Shown here: one piece after another, positions 18,266 to 26,216 of the stretch
How the letters are laid out: every line of letters starts with the position of its first letter
How positions within the stretch are numbered: the stretch's first letter is position 1
NCBI GenBank assembly: GCA_021162805.1
Contig: JAGGXZ010000182.1
Coordinates: forward strand, 17,009-81,008
Direction: 5' to 3'
DNA length: 64,000 nt
From: Candidatus Poribacteria bacterium
GTDB lineage: Bacteria > Poribacteria > WGA-4E > B28-G17
Translations under genes and position numbers: made by a program
The notes under the pieces: generated by a model
What the model was told of the DNA's origin: nothing
What the model saw: the letters and a program-made list of their open reading frames with translations, nothing else
The model's database searches: none

Positions 18266-20370
18266 GATCCGAGGCCCTCGTCCCCACAAATTCAGGCTTC
18301 GTCTCGAGGGTGACAAGGCAAAGCGATATCGCCGTCGCATTAGGTGTGATCGGCATACTTTTCGTTATGCTTGTGCCGATGCCCGCCCTCCTGTTGGATA
18401 TGCTGTTAGCCATGAATATAACCTTCTCGCTCGTCACACTGCTTATCGTCCTTTATGTGACCAAACCCCTGGACTTTTCGGTCTTCCCATCGATGTTGCT
18501 TATAGCGACCCTCTTTAGGCTATCGCTGAACGTGGCCTCTACCAGGAGGATACTGCTCTACGGCGATCAGAGCGAGTTCGCCGCCGGTCATGTGATAAAT
18601 TCGTTCGGTAAGTTCGTCGTGGGGGGGAACTACGTCATCGGCTTCGTGGTCTTCCTGATCCTCGTGATCATACAATTTGTCGTTATAACGAAGGGTGCTG
18701 GCAGGGTAGCGGAGGTCGCCGCGAGGTTTACGCTGGATGCCATGCCGATGAAACAGATGTCCATAGACACCGATCTCAGCGCCGGTTTGATCACGGAGGA
18801 GGAGGCGAGAGCCAGGAGGGAGACGGTGGCGCGAGAGGCGGACTTCTACGGTGCTATGGACGGCGCAAGCAAATTCGTCAGAGGCGACGCCATAGCGGGA
18901 TTGATAATTACCGGGATAAACATCATCGGAGGATTGCTCATCGGCGTGCTTCAGAAGGGGATGCCCATATCGGAGGCCGCCAGGAGATATACGCTTCTCA
19001 CCATAGGCGATGGCCTTGTCAGCCAGGTGCCCGCTCTGATCATATCCACAGCGGCAGGCGTGTTGGTCACGCGGGCTGGAGCGGAGACCGATTTCGGAAA
19101 GAGCCTCACCGGTCAGATACTCTTTCAGCCCAGAGCCCTCGGCATAGCATCGGCTGTGCTTTTCGCTCTCGCACTTGTTCCTGGGCTTCCCAAGATCTCT
19201 TTCTTCATGCTCTCAGGTATCACCGGATCGCTGGCCTATCTGCTTATGCGCACTTCGCCTGCACAGGCGGAGACCGAAGAAGGTGAGGAGAAGAAACCCT
19301 CCCCCGAAAGCGAGGTTGAGGAGGTGGAGCGGATGCTGGATATGGACATCATGGAGCTGAACATAGGCTATAACCTCGTGCCGCTCGTAGATGTGAGGCA
19401 GAACGGAGTTCTGCTTGAGAGGATAAAGATGATAAGACGCAGATGCGCCAGAGAGCTGGGCATCATCGTGCCGCTCATAAGGATAAGGGATGATATGAGC
19501 CTGCCACCTAACGGATATTCGATCATGATCAAGGAGAACGTCGTGGCCAAAGGCGAGGTCATGCTCAATCACTATCTGGCGATGGAGACGGGCAGGGTGA
19601 CGGAGAAGATCGAGGGGATACCTACCACCGAGCCGACCAACAATATACCGGCACTGTGGATACGTGAGAAGGACAAAGAGAGGGCACAGATGGCAGGATA
19701 TATGGTCGTCGATCCGGTGACCGTCATAGCCACTCATCTCATGGAGACGATAAATAAACACGCCCATGAGCTTCTAACCAGACAGGATGTCCGGAGGCTT
19801 TTGGACAGATTAAGTGAGAGATACCCCGCTCTCGTGGATGAGCTGATTCCAAACCTGTTGTCCCTGGGCACGGTGCAGAAGGTGCTTCAGAATCTATTGA
19901 GGGAAGGGGTGCCGATCAGAGATCTGATCACGATCTTGGAGACGCTCTCAGATCACGCCCAGACGACCAAAGACCCTATGCTGCTTACGGAATTCGTCAG
20001 AAGAGCGCTGGGCAGAACGATCTGTAAGGAGCTCGTAGATGAGGACGGCACGCTCAAGGTTTTGACCCTGTCACCGGAGGTGGAGAGGAACATAGCTGAT
20101 GCGATACAGGATAAGGACGGGACGATGTATCTCGCACTCGATCCGGAGGTGGCTCGAAAGATCGTAAACGGGATCGCTACCGCGATAACCGAGATGGGAC
20201 AGCTTCAGGTTCAGCCCGTCATACTATGTGCCGAACCGCTTGTCAGACCTTTTCTGAGGCAACTGGTGGAAAGATTTATCCCCGGACTGGTAGTCCTTTC
20301 CTATGAGGAGATCCCTCCGGAGATGGAGGTAAAGCCGTTGGGCGTTGTAAACATTGAGGGGACGGATTAA
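18262..20370 (+). CDS. flhA: Flagellar export protein FlhA
   Basis: LFRLSLNVASTR, RVAEVAARFTLDAMP, ADFYGAMDGASKFVRGDA and LLREGVPIRDL. Confidence 0.97.
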   Translation: MRSEALVPTNSGFVSRVTRQSDIAVALGVIGILFVMLVPMPALLLDMLLAMNITFSLVTLLIVLYVTKPLDFSVFPSMLLIATLFRLSLNVASTRRILLYGDQSEFAAGHVINSFGKFVVGGNYVIGFVVFLILVIIQFVVITKGAGRVAEVAARFTLDAMPMKQMSIDTDLSAGLITEEEARARRETVAREADFYGAMDGASKFVRGDAIAGLIITGINIIGGLLIGVLQKGMPISEAARRYTLLTIGDGLVSQVPALIISTAAGVLVTRAGAETDFGKSLTGQILFQPRALGIASAVLFALALVPGLPKISFFMLSGITGSLAYLLMRTSPAQAETEEGEEKKPSPESEVEEVERMLDMDIMELNIGYNLVPLVDVRQNGVLLERIKMIRRRCARELGIIVPLIRIRDDMSLPPNGYSIMIKENVVAKGEVMLNHYLAMETGRVTEKIEGIPTTEPTNNIPALWIREKDKERAQMAGYMVVDPVTVIATHLMETINKHAHELLTRQDVRRLLDRLSERYPALVDELIPNLLSLGTVQKVLQNLLREGVPIRDLITILETLSDHAQTTKDPMLLTEFVRRALGRTICKELVDEDGTLKVLTLSPEVERNIADAIQDKDGTMYLALDPEVARKIVNGIATAITEMGQLQVQPVILCAEPLVRPFLRQLVERFIPGLVVLSYEEIPPEMEVKPLGVVNIEGTD

Positions 20371-20378
20371 GCCCGCAA

Positions 20379-20394
20379 AGGCATGTTTCTTGCT
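20379..20394 (+). promoter_or_regulatory. Internal sigma54 promoter upstream of flhF
   Basis: AGGCAT-GTTTC-TTGCT with GG 20380-81 and GC 20392-93 at exact spacing, in the flhA-flhF gap. Confidence 0.72.
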
Positions 20395-20432
20395 TAACTT
20401 TCACCTCGATACCGTCAGGGGGAGTTCGACAG

Positions 20433-21578
20433 ATGCAGATTAAGAGATATTATGGCAAAAGCGTTCATGCCGCTCTGGAAAAAGCAAAGGCGGAGCTCGG
20501 TCCCGATGCCATACTGCTTCATACCAGGACGCTCAAGTCCAGTATCCTCGGCGGCTCGACTGTTGAGGTGATCGTCGCCGTAGATAGAGAGGCACCCTCA
20601 GAGATAGATGAGGTGATCGGCGACGACGAGGAGAAGAACGAAGAGCCGGTCGAACGAGCAAAGGCTATCCTAACTGCCAATTCCTACAGACGAGCCGAAG
20701 GAGGTTACGAGCTTAAACATATAGGCGAGGAGCTGTCGGAGATAAGGGATCTACTACACATACTCCTGTCAAACGTCAAGAGGGAACAATCACTGGATCT
20801 CCCCGAGACGGTGCAAGGGATCTATGAAAAGTTCATCAAGAGCGAACTTGATCCGGCGATAGCTTATGATCTGGCCAAAGGCCTAGAACCATGTTTTTCA
20901 GATAACGGCAAATTGATAAACGAGAGGTTGGCCGAGCTGATCGGCAAGGCGACGAAGTTCAACGGTGGGATAACGCTGCAAGGTGGGATGAAAAGCGTAG
21001 CGCTTATCGGACCAACAGGTGTGGGCAAGACCACCACTATCGCTAAGCTGGGGGCTTACTTTAAGCTTAAACTCAAAAGGAAGGTGGCCTTTCTGACGAT
21101 CGATACCTATAGGATAGCCGCCGTTCAGCAGCTTCAGATATACGCCGATATAATGAGATCGCCCCTGAAGGTCGCCGATGATCCGGAGGAACTGGTCAGG
21201 GAAGTCGAGTCTCTTTCTGACCACGATCTCATCCTGATAGACACGCCTGGGAGAAGCCATTACGATGCGGCGAGGATAGGCGAGATAGAGAGGTTCATAG
21301 CCGTCTTGCCTCAGGTTGAAGTTTATCTGTTGATCAGTGCTTCCACGAGAAGCAGGGAGATATACGAGATATTAAACGGCTTCGGGAGTGTAGGGGTGGA
21401 CGGCTTGATCTTCACAAAACTGGATGAGGCCTCATGTTTCGGATCGATCGTCAATGCCGCAATACGCTCCGGCAAACCCCTGTCCTACTTTACGACAGGC
21501 CAGGATGTGGCGGGAGATATAGAGGTCGCCACGGTGGAAAGAGTGACATCCCTACTTTTAAGAGGTTTCAGGAGATGA
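20433..21578 (+). CDS. flhF: SRP-type GTPase FlhF
   Basis: ELGPDAILL, GPTGVGKTTTIAKL, DTYRIAA..QL, DTPG, TKLDE and GQDV. Confidence 0.95.
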   Translation: MQIKRYYGKSVHAALEKAKAELGPDAILLHTRTLKSSILGGSTVEVIVAVDREAPSEIDEVIGDDEEKNEEPVERAKAILTANSYRRAEGGYELKHIGEELSEIRDLLHILLSNVKREQSLDLPETVQGIYEKFIKSELDPAIAYDLAKGLEPCFSDNGKLINERLAELIGKATKFNGGITLQGGMKSVALIGPTGVGKTTTIAKLGAYFKLKLKRKVAFLTIDTYRIAAVQQLQIYADIMRSPLKVADDPEELVREVESLSDHDLILIDTPGRSHYDAARIGEIERFIAVLPQVEVYLLISASTRSREIYEILNGFGSVGVDGLIFTKLDEASCFGSIVNAAIRSGKPLSYFTTGQDVAGDIEVATVERVTSLLLRGFRR

Positions 21579-21580
21579 GC

Positions 21581-22501
21581 ATGAAAGATCAAGCTGCCAA
21601 TCTCAGAAAGCTTTTCTCCAATCCGACACTCGATATTGACATGGAGGAGGAGCCGTTAGTTCGACGGCATAACCCACGATTCCGCACGATAGCCATAACG
21701 AGCGGCAAAGGAGGGGTTGGTAAGACGAACTTCGCCGCTAATTTAGGAGTAGCGCTTTCACAGATAGGAAAGAAGGTGATCATCTTCGACGCCGATCTGG
21801 GGCTGGCGAACGTCGACGTCTTCTTCGACCTCCATCCGAAGTACAACCTCAAACACGTCGTGAGTGGCGAGAAGGAGATAGAGGAGATACTACTGGAAGG
21901 ACCCACCGGTATCAAGGTGGTTCCAGCAAGCTCAGGCGTTGAGATGATGGCTAATCTGCCGGAGAGGGAAAGGAGAAGATTGATCGTAAAACTGGGGGAG
22001 TTGTCGAATATGGCCGATGTGATGATCATCGACACGGCTGCCGGAATATCGCATAATGTGCTGGCCTTTGCCTCGGCGGCGGATATGATCATTATAATGA
22101 CCACCCCCGATCCTGCCGCCATAACGGATGCTTATGCCACGACTAAGGTACTATCCCGAAGGAAAAAGGGGCCGTTTATGCTCATCGTGAACATGGCCGC
22201 CGATGAGAGCCAGGCAAGGGAAGTTGCACTGAGCCTGATCCTGGTGGTGCGGAGATTTCTGGAGTTGGAGCTCAATTATATCGGCTTTATCCCTTTCGAT
22301 CCGTTCGTCTCCAAGGCCCTTAAAGGACAGGTGCCATTGGTGTTGAAATACCCGGGCGCTCCGGCCTCCAGGCACATAATGGCCATTGCCAGCAGGATCT
22401 ATAGCATACTCGGGAGCACGAAACGGACATGTCATATGGATTTCTTCGAGAAGATATCTCTTTCCCTGGAAAGGTCGCTAGGATCGGAGGAGGAAGAATG
22501 A
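21581..22501 (+). CDS. flhG: MinD-like ATPase FlhG/FleN
   Basis: MKDQAANLR N-terminus, SGKGGVGKT, DADLGLANVD, DTAAGIS and TDAYA. Start is 21581 or 21575. Confidence 0.93.
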   Translation: MKDQAANLRKLFSNPTLDIDMEEEPLVRRHNPRFRTIAITSGKGGVGKTNFAANLGVALSQIGKKVIIFDADLGLANVDVFFDLHPKYNLKHVVSGEKEIEEILLEGPTGIKVVPASSGVEMMANLPERERRRLIVKLGELSNMADVMIIDTAAGISHNVLAFASAADMIIIMTTPDPAAITDAYATTKVLSRRKKGPFMLIVNMAADESQAREVALSLILVVRRFLELELNYIGFIPFDPFVSKALKGQVPLVLKYPGAPASRHIMAIASRIYSILGSTKRTCHMDFFEKISLSLERSLGSEEEE

Positions 22502-23202
22502 ATCAACCAATCCTTAAGCCCGGAATCAAGGTTCAGGTCGAAACGCTATCCGGGGCTCCCAGATGCAGGTTCCTGAGCCGTATAACTCATATCGACGACT
22601 ACTATATCTATATAGCCAAACCCTCTATCTACGATTTCGAGGATGGAGGGCAAACCGGTATACCTCCCAATACACTGCTCAGGGTCTCATTCTCGCTCAG
22701 CGAGGGAGAATTCGCTTTCGATTCGACCGTGAAGGGAAGACAGGCGGATGGATCGTATGTTCTAACCCGACCCCGAAGGTTCTACAGATGGAAAAGACAA
22801 TTTCTGAGAGTTGAAACCTCACTTTGGGTCAGATATGCCGTGATCCCAAGGGTGGAGATGGCCGGCAGGGTGGATCAAGTCAAACGAGCCTATGCCATGA
22901 CGGCCAATATAAGCGGAGGGGGAGTGCTCTTAAAACCTCAGGAAACCCTGCCGGTAGGCGCTATACTAGAGATGGAGATAGAACTCCCCGGAAGATCCGA
23001 TCCTATTCTGGCGATCGGTAGAGTAGTACATACCAAGTCAGGCAATGGTGTGGAGTTCCTCATCATAAACGAGCTCGATAGAAATGAGCTTATAAAATAT
23101 CTATTTGAAGAGGATAGAAGGAGAAGAAGAAGGCTTAGGGAGAAGGGATATGGAGGAGATCTACCCACCGGAATTTATCCCCATTCATCTGGAGATCGTT
23201 AG
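22498..23202 (+). CDS. PilZ-domain flagellar brake-like (YcgR/MotI-type) c-di-GMP receptor
   Basis: RQFLR (RxxxR) and NISGGG motifs with a YcgR-N-like N-terminal domain; position after flhG. Confidence 0.85.
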   Translation: MNQPILKPGIKVQVETLSGAPRCRFLSRITHIDDYYIYIAKPSIYDFEDGGQTGIPPNTLLRVSFSLSEGEFAFDSTVKGRQADGSYVLTRPRRFYRWKRQFLRVETSLWVRYAVIPRVEMAGRVDQVKRAYAMTANISGGGVLLKPQETLPVGAILEMEIELPGRSDPILAIGRVVHTKSGNGVEFLIINELDRNELIKYLFEEDRRRRRRLREKGYGGDLPTGIYPHSSGDR

Positions 23203-23398
23203 AACGGATGAGCTGCTACCGCTTAAAGCGTTAAACATAATGCTTAACGAGATGCGATCGAAATTAGACATGAAACTGATGAAGGAATTCATAGGATTTC
23301 TCGCCCAGAGCGAGAAGGCCACTCCAATCCATGGAGGGAAAGCAGAGGAGAAAAATGCTGGAGGAACTTTGGGGGGCTTACAAGCTCAACGGCGATAA
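23150..23398 (+). pseudogene. Probable internally deleted HD-GYP phosphodiesterase remnant
   Basis: Short ORF joining a plausible N-terminus (MEEIYPPEFIPIHLEIVRTD) to PLKALNIMLNEMRSKLDMKLMKEFIGFL, which resembles the HD-GYP terminal helices. No HD or GYP motif present. Confidence 0.45.
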
Positions 23399-24137
23399 AA
23401 GGGCGAAGGATGAGATTATCAAACAATGTTTGCCTATGATAAGAGCCATAGCCCAGAGGCTTTCCATATATGCCTCTCCATCTCATGACATCGACGATCT
23501 GGTCAGCGCCGGGATAATAGGTCTCCTGGATGCCATAGAGAAGTTCAACCCTTCTAAAGGCGCTAGCTTTAAAACATACGCCACTTACAGGATCAAAGGT
23601 GCGATCTTGGATGAAGTCAGGGCGTTGGATTGGGTGCCGAGGTCCACGCGGGAGAAAGCTCAAAAGCTGGAAAAGGCCTACTCTGAACTCGAACAGCGCC
23701 TGATGAAACCTCCCTCAGAAGAGGAGGTAGCCGATTACCTGGGGATATCGGTCGAAGAGCTCAGAAAGACGCTGCTTGAGGTCAGCGGTATGGCACTGTT
23801 AACGCTGGAGGATATCGCCCTGGACAAGGAGGAAGAGGGGGCGATCAGGGATTTCATAGCCGATCCGAAAGCGGCGAACCCCGAAGACCAAATGGCCTTC
23901 GAGGAGGCGAAAAGTATATTGGCCGGGGCGATCCAATCCCTGCCTAAACAAGAGAAGATCGTCCTCAGCCTCTATTATTATGAGGAAATGACCATGAAGG
24001 AAATCGGAAAAGTTCTGGGGGTCTCCGAGTCCAGGGTGAGTCAGATACATTCAAGCGCCATCTTGAGGCTGAGGGGGAAGCTCAAGAGATTAAAGGAAGA
24101 TCTGCTTGCTTCTGTCGGGAGAAGAGCCTATGGATGA
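23331..24137 (+). CDS. fliA: Flagellar sigma factor sigma28 (FliA/WhiG)
   Basis: DDLVSAGIIGLLDAIEKF, FKTYATYRIKGAILDEVR..DWVPRS and SESRVSQIH. Alternative start at 23355. Confidence 0.95.
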   Translation: MEGKQRRKMLEELWGAYKLNGDKRAKDEIIKQCLPMIRAIAQRLSIYASPSHDIDDLVSAGIIGLLDAIEKFNPSKGASFKTYATYRIKGAILDEVRALDWVPRSTREKAQKLEKAYSELEQRLMKPPSEEEVADYLGISVEELRKTLLEVSGMALLTLEDIALDKEEEGAIRDFIADPKAANPEDQMAFEEAKSILAGAIQSLPKQEKIVLSLYYYEEMTMKEIGKVLGVSESRVSQIHSSAILRLRGKLKRLKEDLLASVGRRAYG

Positions 24138-25008
24138 AGGGAAGATCGTCAGAGAAAGACAAAGGGAAATCATAGAGGGGGATCTGAGGCTAACCGGATC
24201 GGAGAGGTTCTTCGAGGGTGACCTGATCGTTACCGGTAACGTTCGGGATGGCGTCTCCATATGCGTTAACGGGAGCGTTGAGGTCTATGGGATGGTGGAG
24301 GCAGCGGTAATAAGAGCACATGGCGACATCATCGTCCATGGCGGTTTGCCCGGCAGAGCATATCTCGATTCAGGTGGCAGCGTGATCATCCATTATGCCA
24401 ACAACTCCAGCATCGTCAGCACGGGAAACATCTTCATCAAGACGGGCGCCACACACTGCATGCTCACAGCCGATAATGAGATCTCCCTTGACCCTGAAAG
24501 GGGGTTGCTTTCAGGAGGAAGAGCAAGGGCCGGTAATGCCATCACCGCCGCTACCCTCGGTTCGCTTTACAAAACCGAAACCATTCTGGAAATCGGTATA
24601 ACCCCTATCTTCAGAGCCGAAAGCCAGAGAATCGCCGAGCGGATCGAGTTCCTCAGGGAGGAATTAGACAAGACACGGAAGGTGTTCGACCTGGTCGTCA
24701 ACTCCGATCCGCGATTCCTCTCCAAACGCCAGCTCAAACTGCTCGACCAGATCCCACTCCTCCAGATGAAGCTCTCCTACCTGTCAAAGGAACTGGGCAA
24801 ATACTCCAGGATGTATCAATCGGTCCAAAAGGCCATAGAGGAGGATCTGTCCGGGGGATTTATAAGGGTTTTCAAGAAGGTCTATCCCGGCGTCAAGATC
24901 ACGATCAACTTCACAAGCATGCAGATCACGGATATGCTTGAAGATGTCATATTCGAGGAATCGGGAGGTAGGATAAGATGTCGAAAACCGGATGGCGTTA
25001 TCTCCTGA
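24130..25008 (+). CDS. FapA/DUF342-family beta-solenoid protein (short form)
   Basis: FEGDLIVTGNV..G..I...GSVEVYGMVEAA.IRA.GDI repeats, GG...A...I....LGS, coiled coil and VYPGVKITI; follows fliA. Confidence 0.8.
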   Translation: MDEGKIVRERQREIIEGDLRLTGSERFFEGDLIVTGNVRDGVSICVNGSVEVYGMVEAAVIRAHGDIIVHGGLPGRAYLDSGGSVIIHYANNSSIVSTGNIFIKTGATHCMLTADNEISLDPERGLLSGGRARAGNAITAATLGSLYKTETILEIGITPIFRAESQRIAERIEFLREELDKTRKVFDLVVNSDPRFLSKRQLKLLDQIPLLQMKLSYLSKELGKYSRMYQSVQKAIEEDLSGGFIRVFKKVYPGVKITINFTSMQITDMLEDVIFEESGGRIRCRKPDGVIS

Positions 25009-25994
25009 ACTTCATCCTCTGTCTATCCCTCATATCCCTGATCTCCGTGAGAGGAGAGGGGGTAGAACTGATGGGTTTGAGATATAGATCCTCGGATAAT
25101 GGGTCCAGGATAACCCTCGATTTAAATGGGATGGCGAAATACGAGATCACTCCGGCGAAAGGGAAAATCCTGATCATCCTTAAAGGGTGTAGATCGGGAA
25201 TAGGATCTATTCCCGATCGCTTTAAGGATAAACTTGTGAGATCGATCGACGTCAAGCCAAGTGGGGAGGATCTATCAATCACGATCGATCTAAGGGAGAA
25301 GGCAAACCTCAGCGCCTTTATGACCCGATCTCCCTATAAGCTCATAGTCGATCTCTATCCGCTTCCCAGGCCTAAACCCAAACTTAAACCCAGCCTGGCT
25401 CCGGCAAAGATCACCGTCAAACGGCCTTCCCCTTCACCTTCGAAAACACCGCTTCAGGCAGCGGCGATGAGGAGGCCGACACATCGGAAATCCACCCCAT
25501 CTCAGCCAAAGCCGAAGGAGAAACCTAAGCCGAAAAAACCCTCACCGTCCGTCACATACCCTCCCCCCGAGGATAAAAGCGATGCCGGCTCCTCCTCGCC
25601 TGATCTCGCGTCGATGTTGAGCAGGGCTGAGAGGGAGAGGACGGGTGATGTCGAAATGCCAAAGGTTGGAATCGGCATCCCACCTCTCCTCGTGGCTCAG
25701 CTTTTCTTCAATCTTATCCTCCTCGCAGCGCTATATCTGCTCTGGAGAAAGATCGATAGATTAGCCTCTGGGATGAAGGATAAAGGCAAACCCTCCGGAG
25801 TTGGGAGCTTCTCTGAGGTTTTAGATGAGATAGTTGATCTGCAGGCCCTGGAGATCACGGAGGATAGGGATGACCCCAAGGTTCGGAAGGTGAAGAGGAT
25901 GTTAAAGGAGGGCCTTTCAGTGGATGAGATCGCCAAAAAGACCGGAATTCCAAAAGGCGAGGTAGAGCTCATATCCAGCCTATCGGGGATCTGA
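24978..25994 (+). CDS. AMIN domain - Pro-rich linker - TM - C-terminal HTH-like (SwrB/DUF6115/DUF2802-like) protein
   Basis: Signal peptide; SRITLDL...PYKLIVDLY AMIN pattern; P/K-rich linker; TM LLVAQLFFNLILLAALYLLW; tail GLSVDEIAKKTGIPKGEVELI. Confidence 0.7.
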   Translation: MSKTGWRYLLNFILCLSLISLISVRGEGVELMGLRYRSSDNGSRITLDLNGMAKYEITPAKGKILIILKGCRSGIGSIPDRFKDKLVRSIDVKPSGEDLSITIDLREKANLSAFMTRSPYKLIVDLYPLPRPKPKLKPSLAPAKITVKRPSPSPSKTPLQAAAMRRPTHRKSTPSQPKPKEKPKPKKPSPSVTYPPPEDKSDAGSSSPDLASMLSRAERERTGDVEMPKVGIGIPPLLVAQLFFNLILLAALYLLWRKIDRLASGMKDKGKPSGVGSFSEVLDEIVDLQALEITEDRDDPKVRKVKRMLKEGLSVDEIAKKTGIPKGEVELISSLSGI

Positions 25995-26019
25995 TTCCGC
26001 TACGCCTTAGATCAAGCTG

Positions 26020-26056
26020 TAGGGGCCAGGCACTCCTCCTGGATGCCTGGCCCCTA
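26020..26056 (+). terminator. GTAG-type REP-like hairpin ending the flagellar operon
   Basis: TAGGGGCCAGGCA / TGCCTGGCCCCTA perfect 13-bp stem, 26 nt after the last stop. Confidence 0.6.
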
Positions 26057-26074
26057 TAATATAAAGTCTACGGT

Positions 26075-26104
26075 TTGTATTTTCCGCGGGAGTATGGATA
26101 TAAT
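26075..26104 (+). promoter_or_regulatory. Sigma70 promoter for iorA
   Basis: TTGTAT-18 nt-TATAAT. Confidence 0.55.
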
Positions 26105-26116
26105 AAATATGCTAAA

Positions 26117-26181
26117 CGTTCGTATATCCCGTTGAGTGTAGTTCTCATCTACTCCCGCTACACTCAGCGATAATATGAACG
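26117..26181 (+). other. Long imperfect stem-loop in the iorA leader
   Basis: CGTTCGTAT/ATATGAACG outer stem and CGTTGAGTGTAG/CTACACTCAGCG inner stem, each with one G-U pair. Confidence 0.5.
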
Positions 26182-26216
26182 GATACCAAAACTCCATTCA
26201 GAGGTAACGGTTCGAG

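Noticed and set aside
26086..26158. GCGGGAGTA complementary to loop TACTCCCGC (possible pseudoknot)
   Set aside because: The upstream partner lies in the promoter spacer, before the predicted TSS, so it would not be in the iorA transcript.
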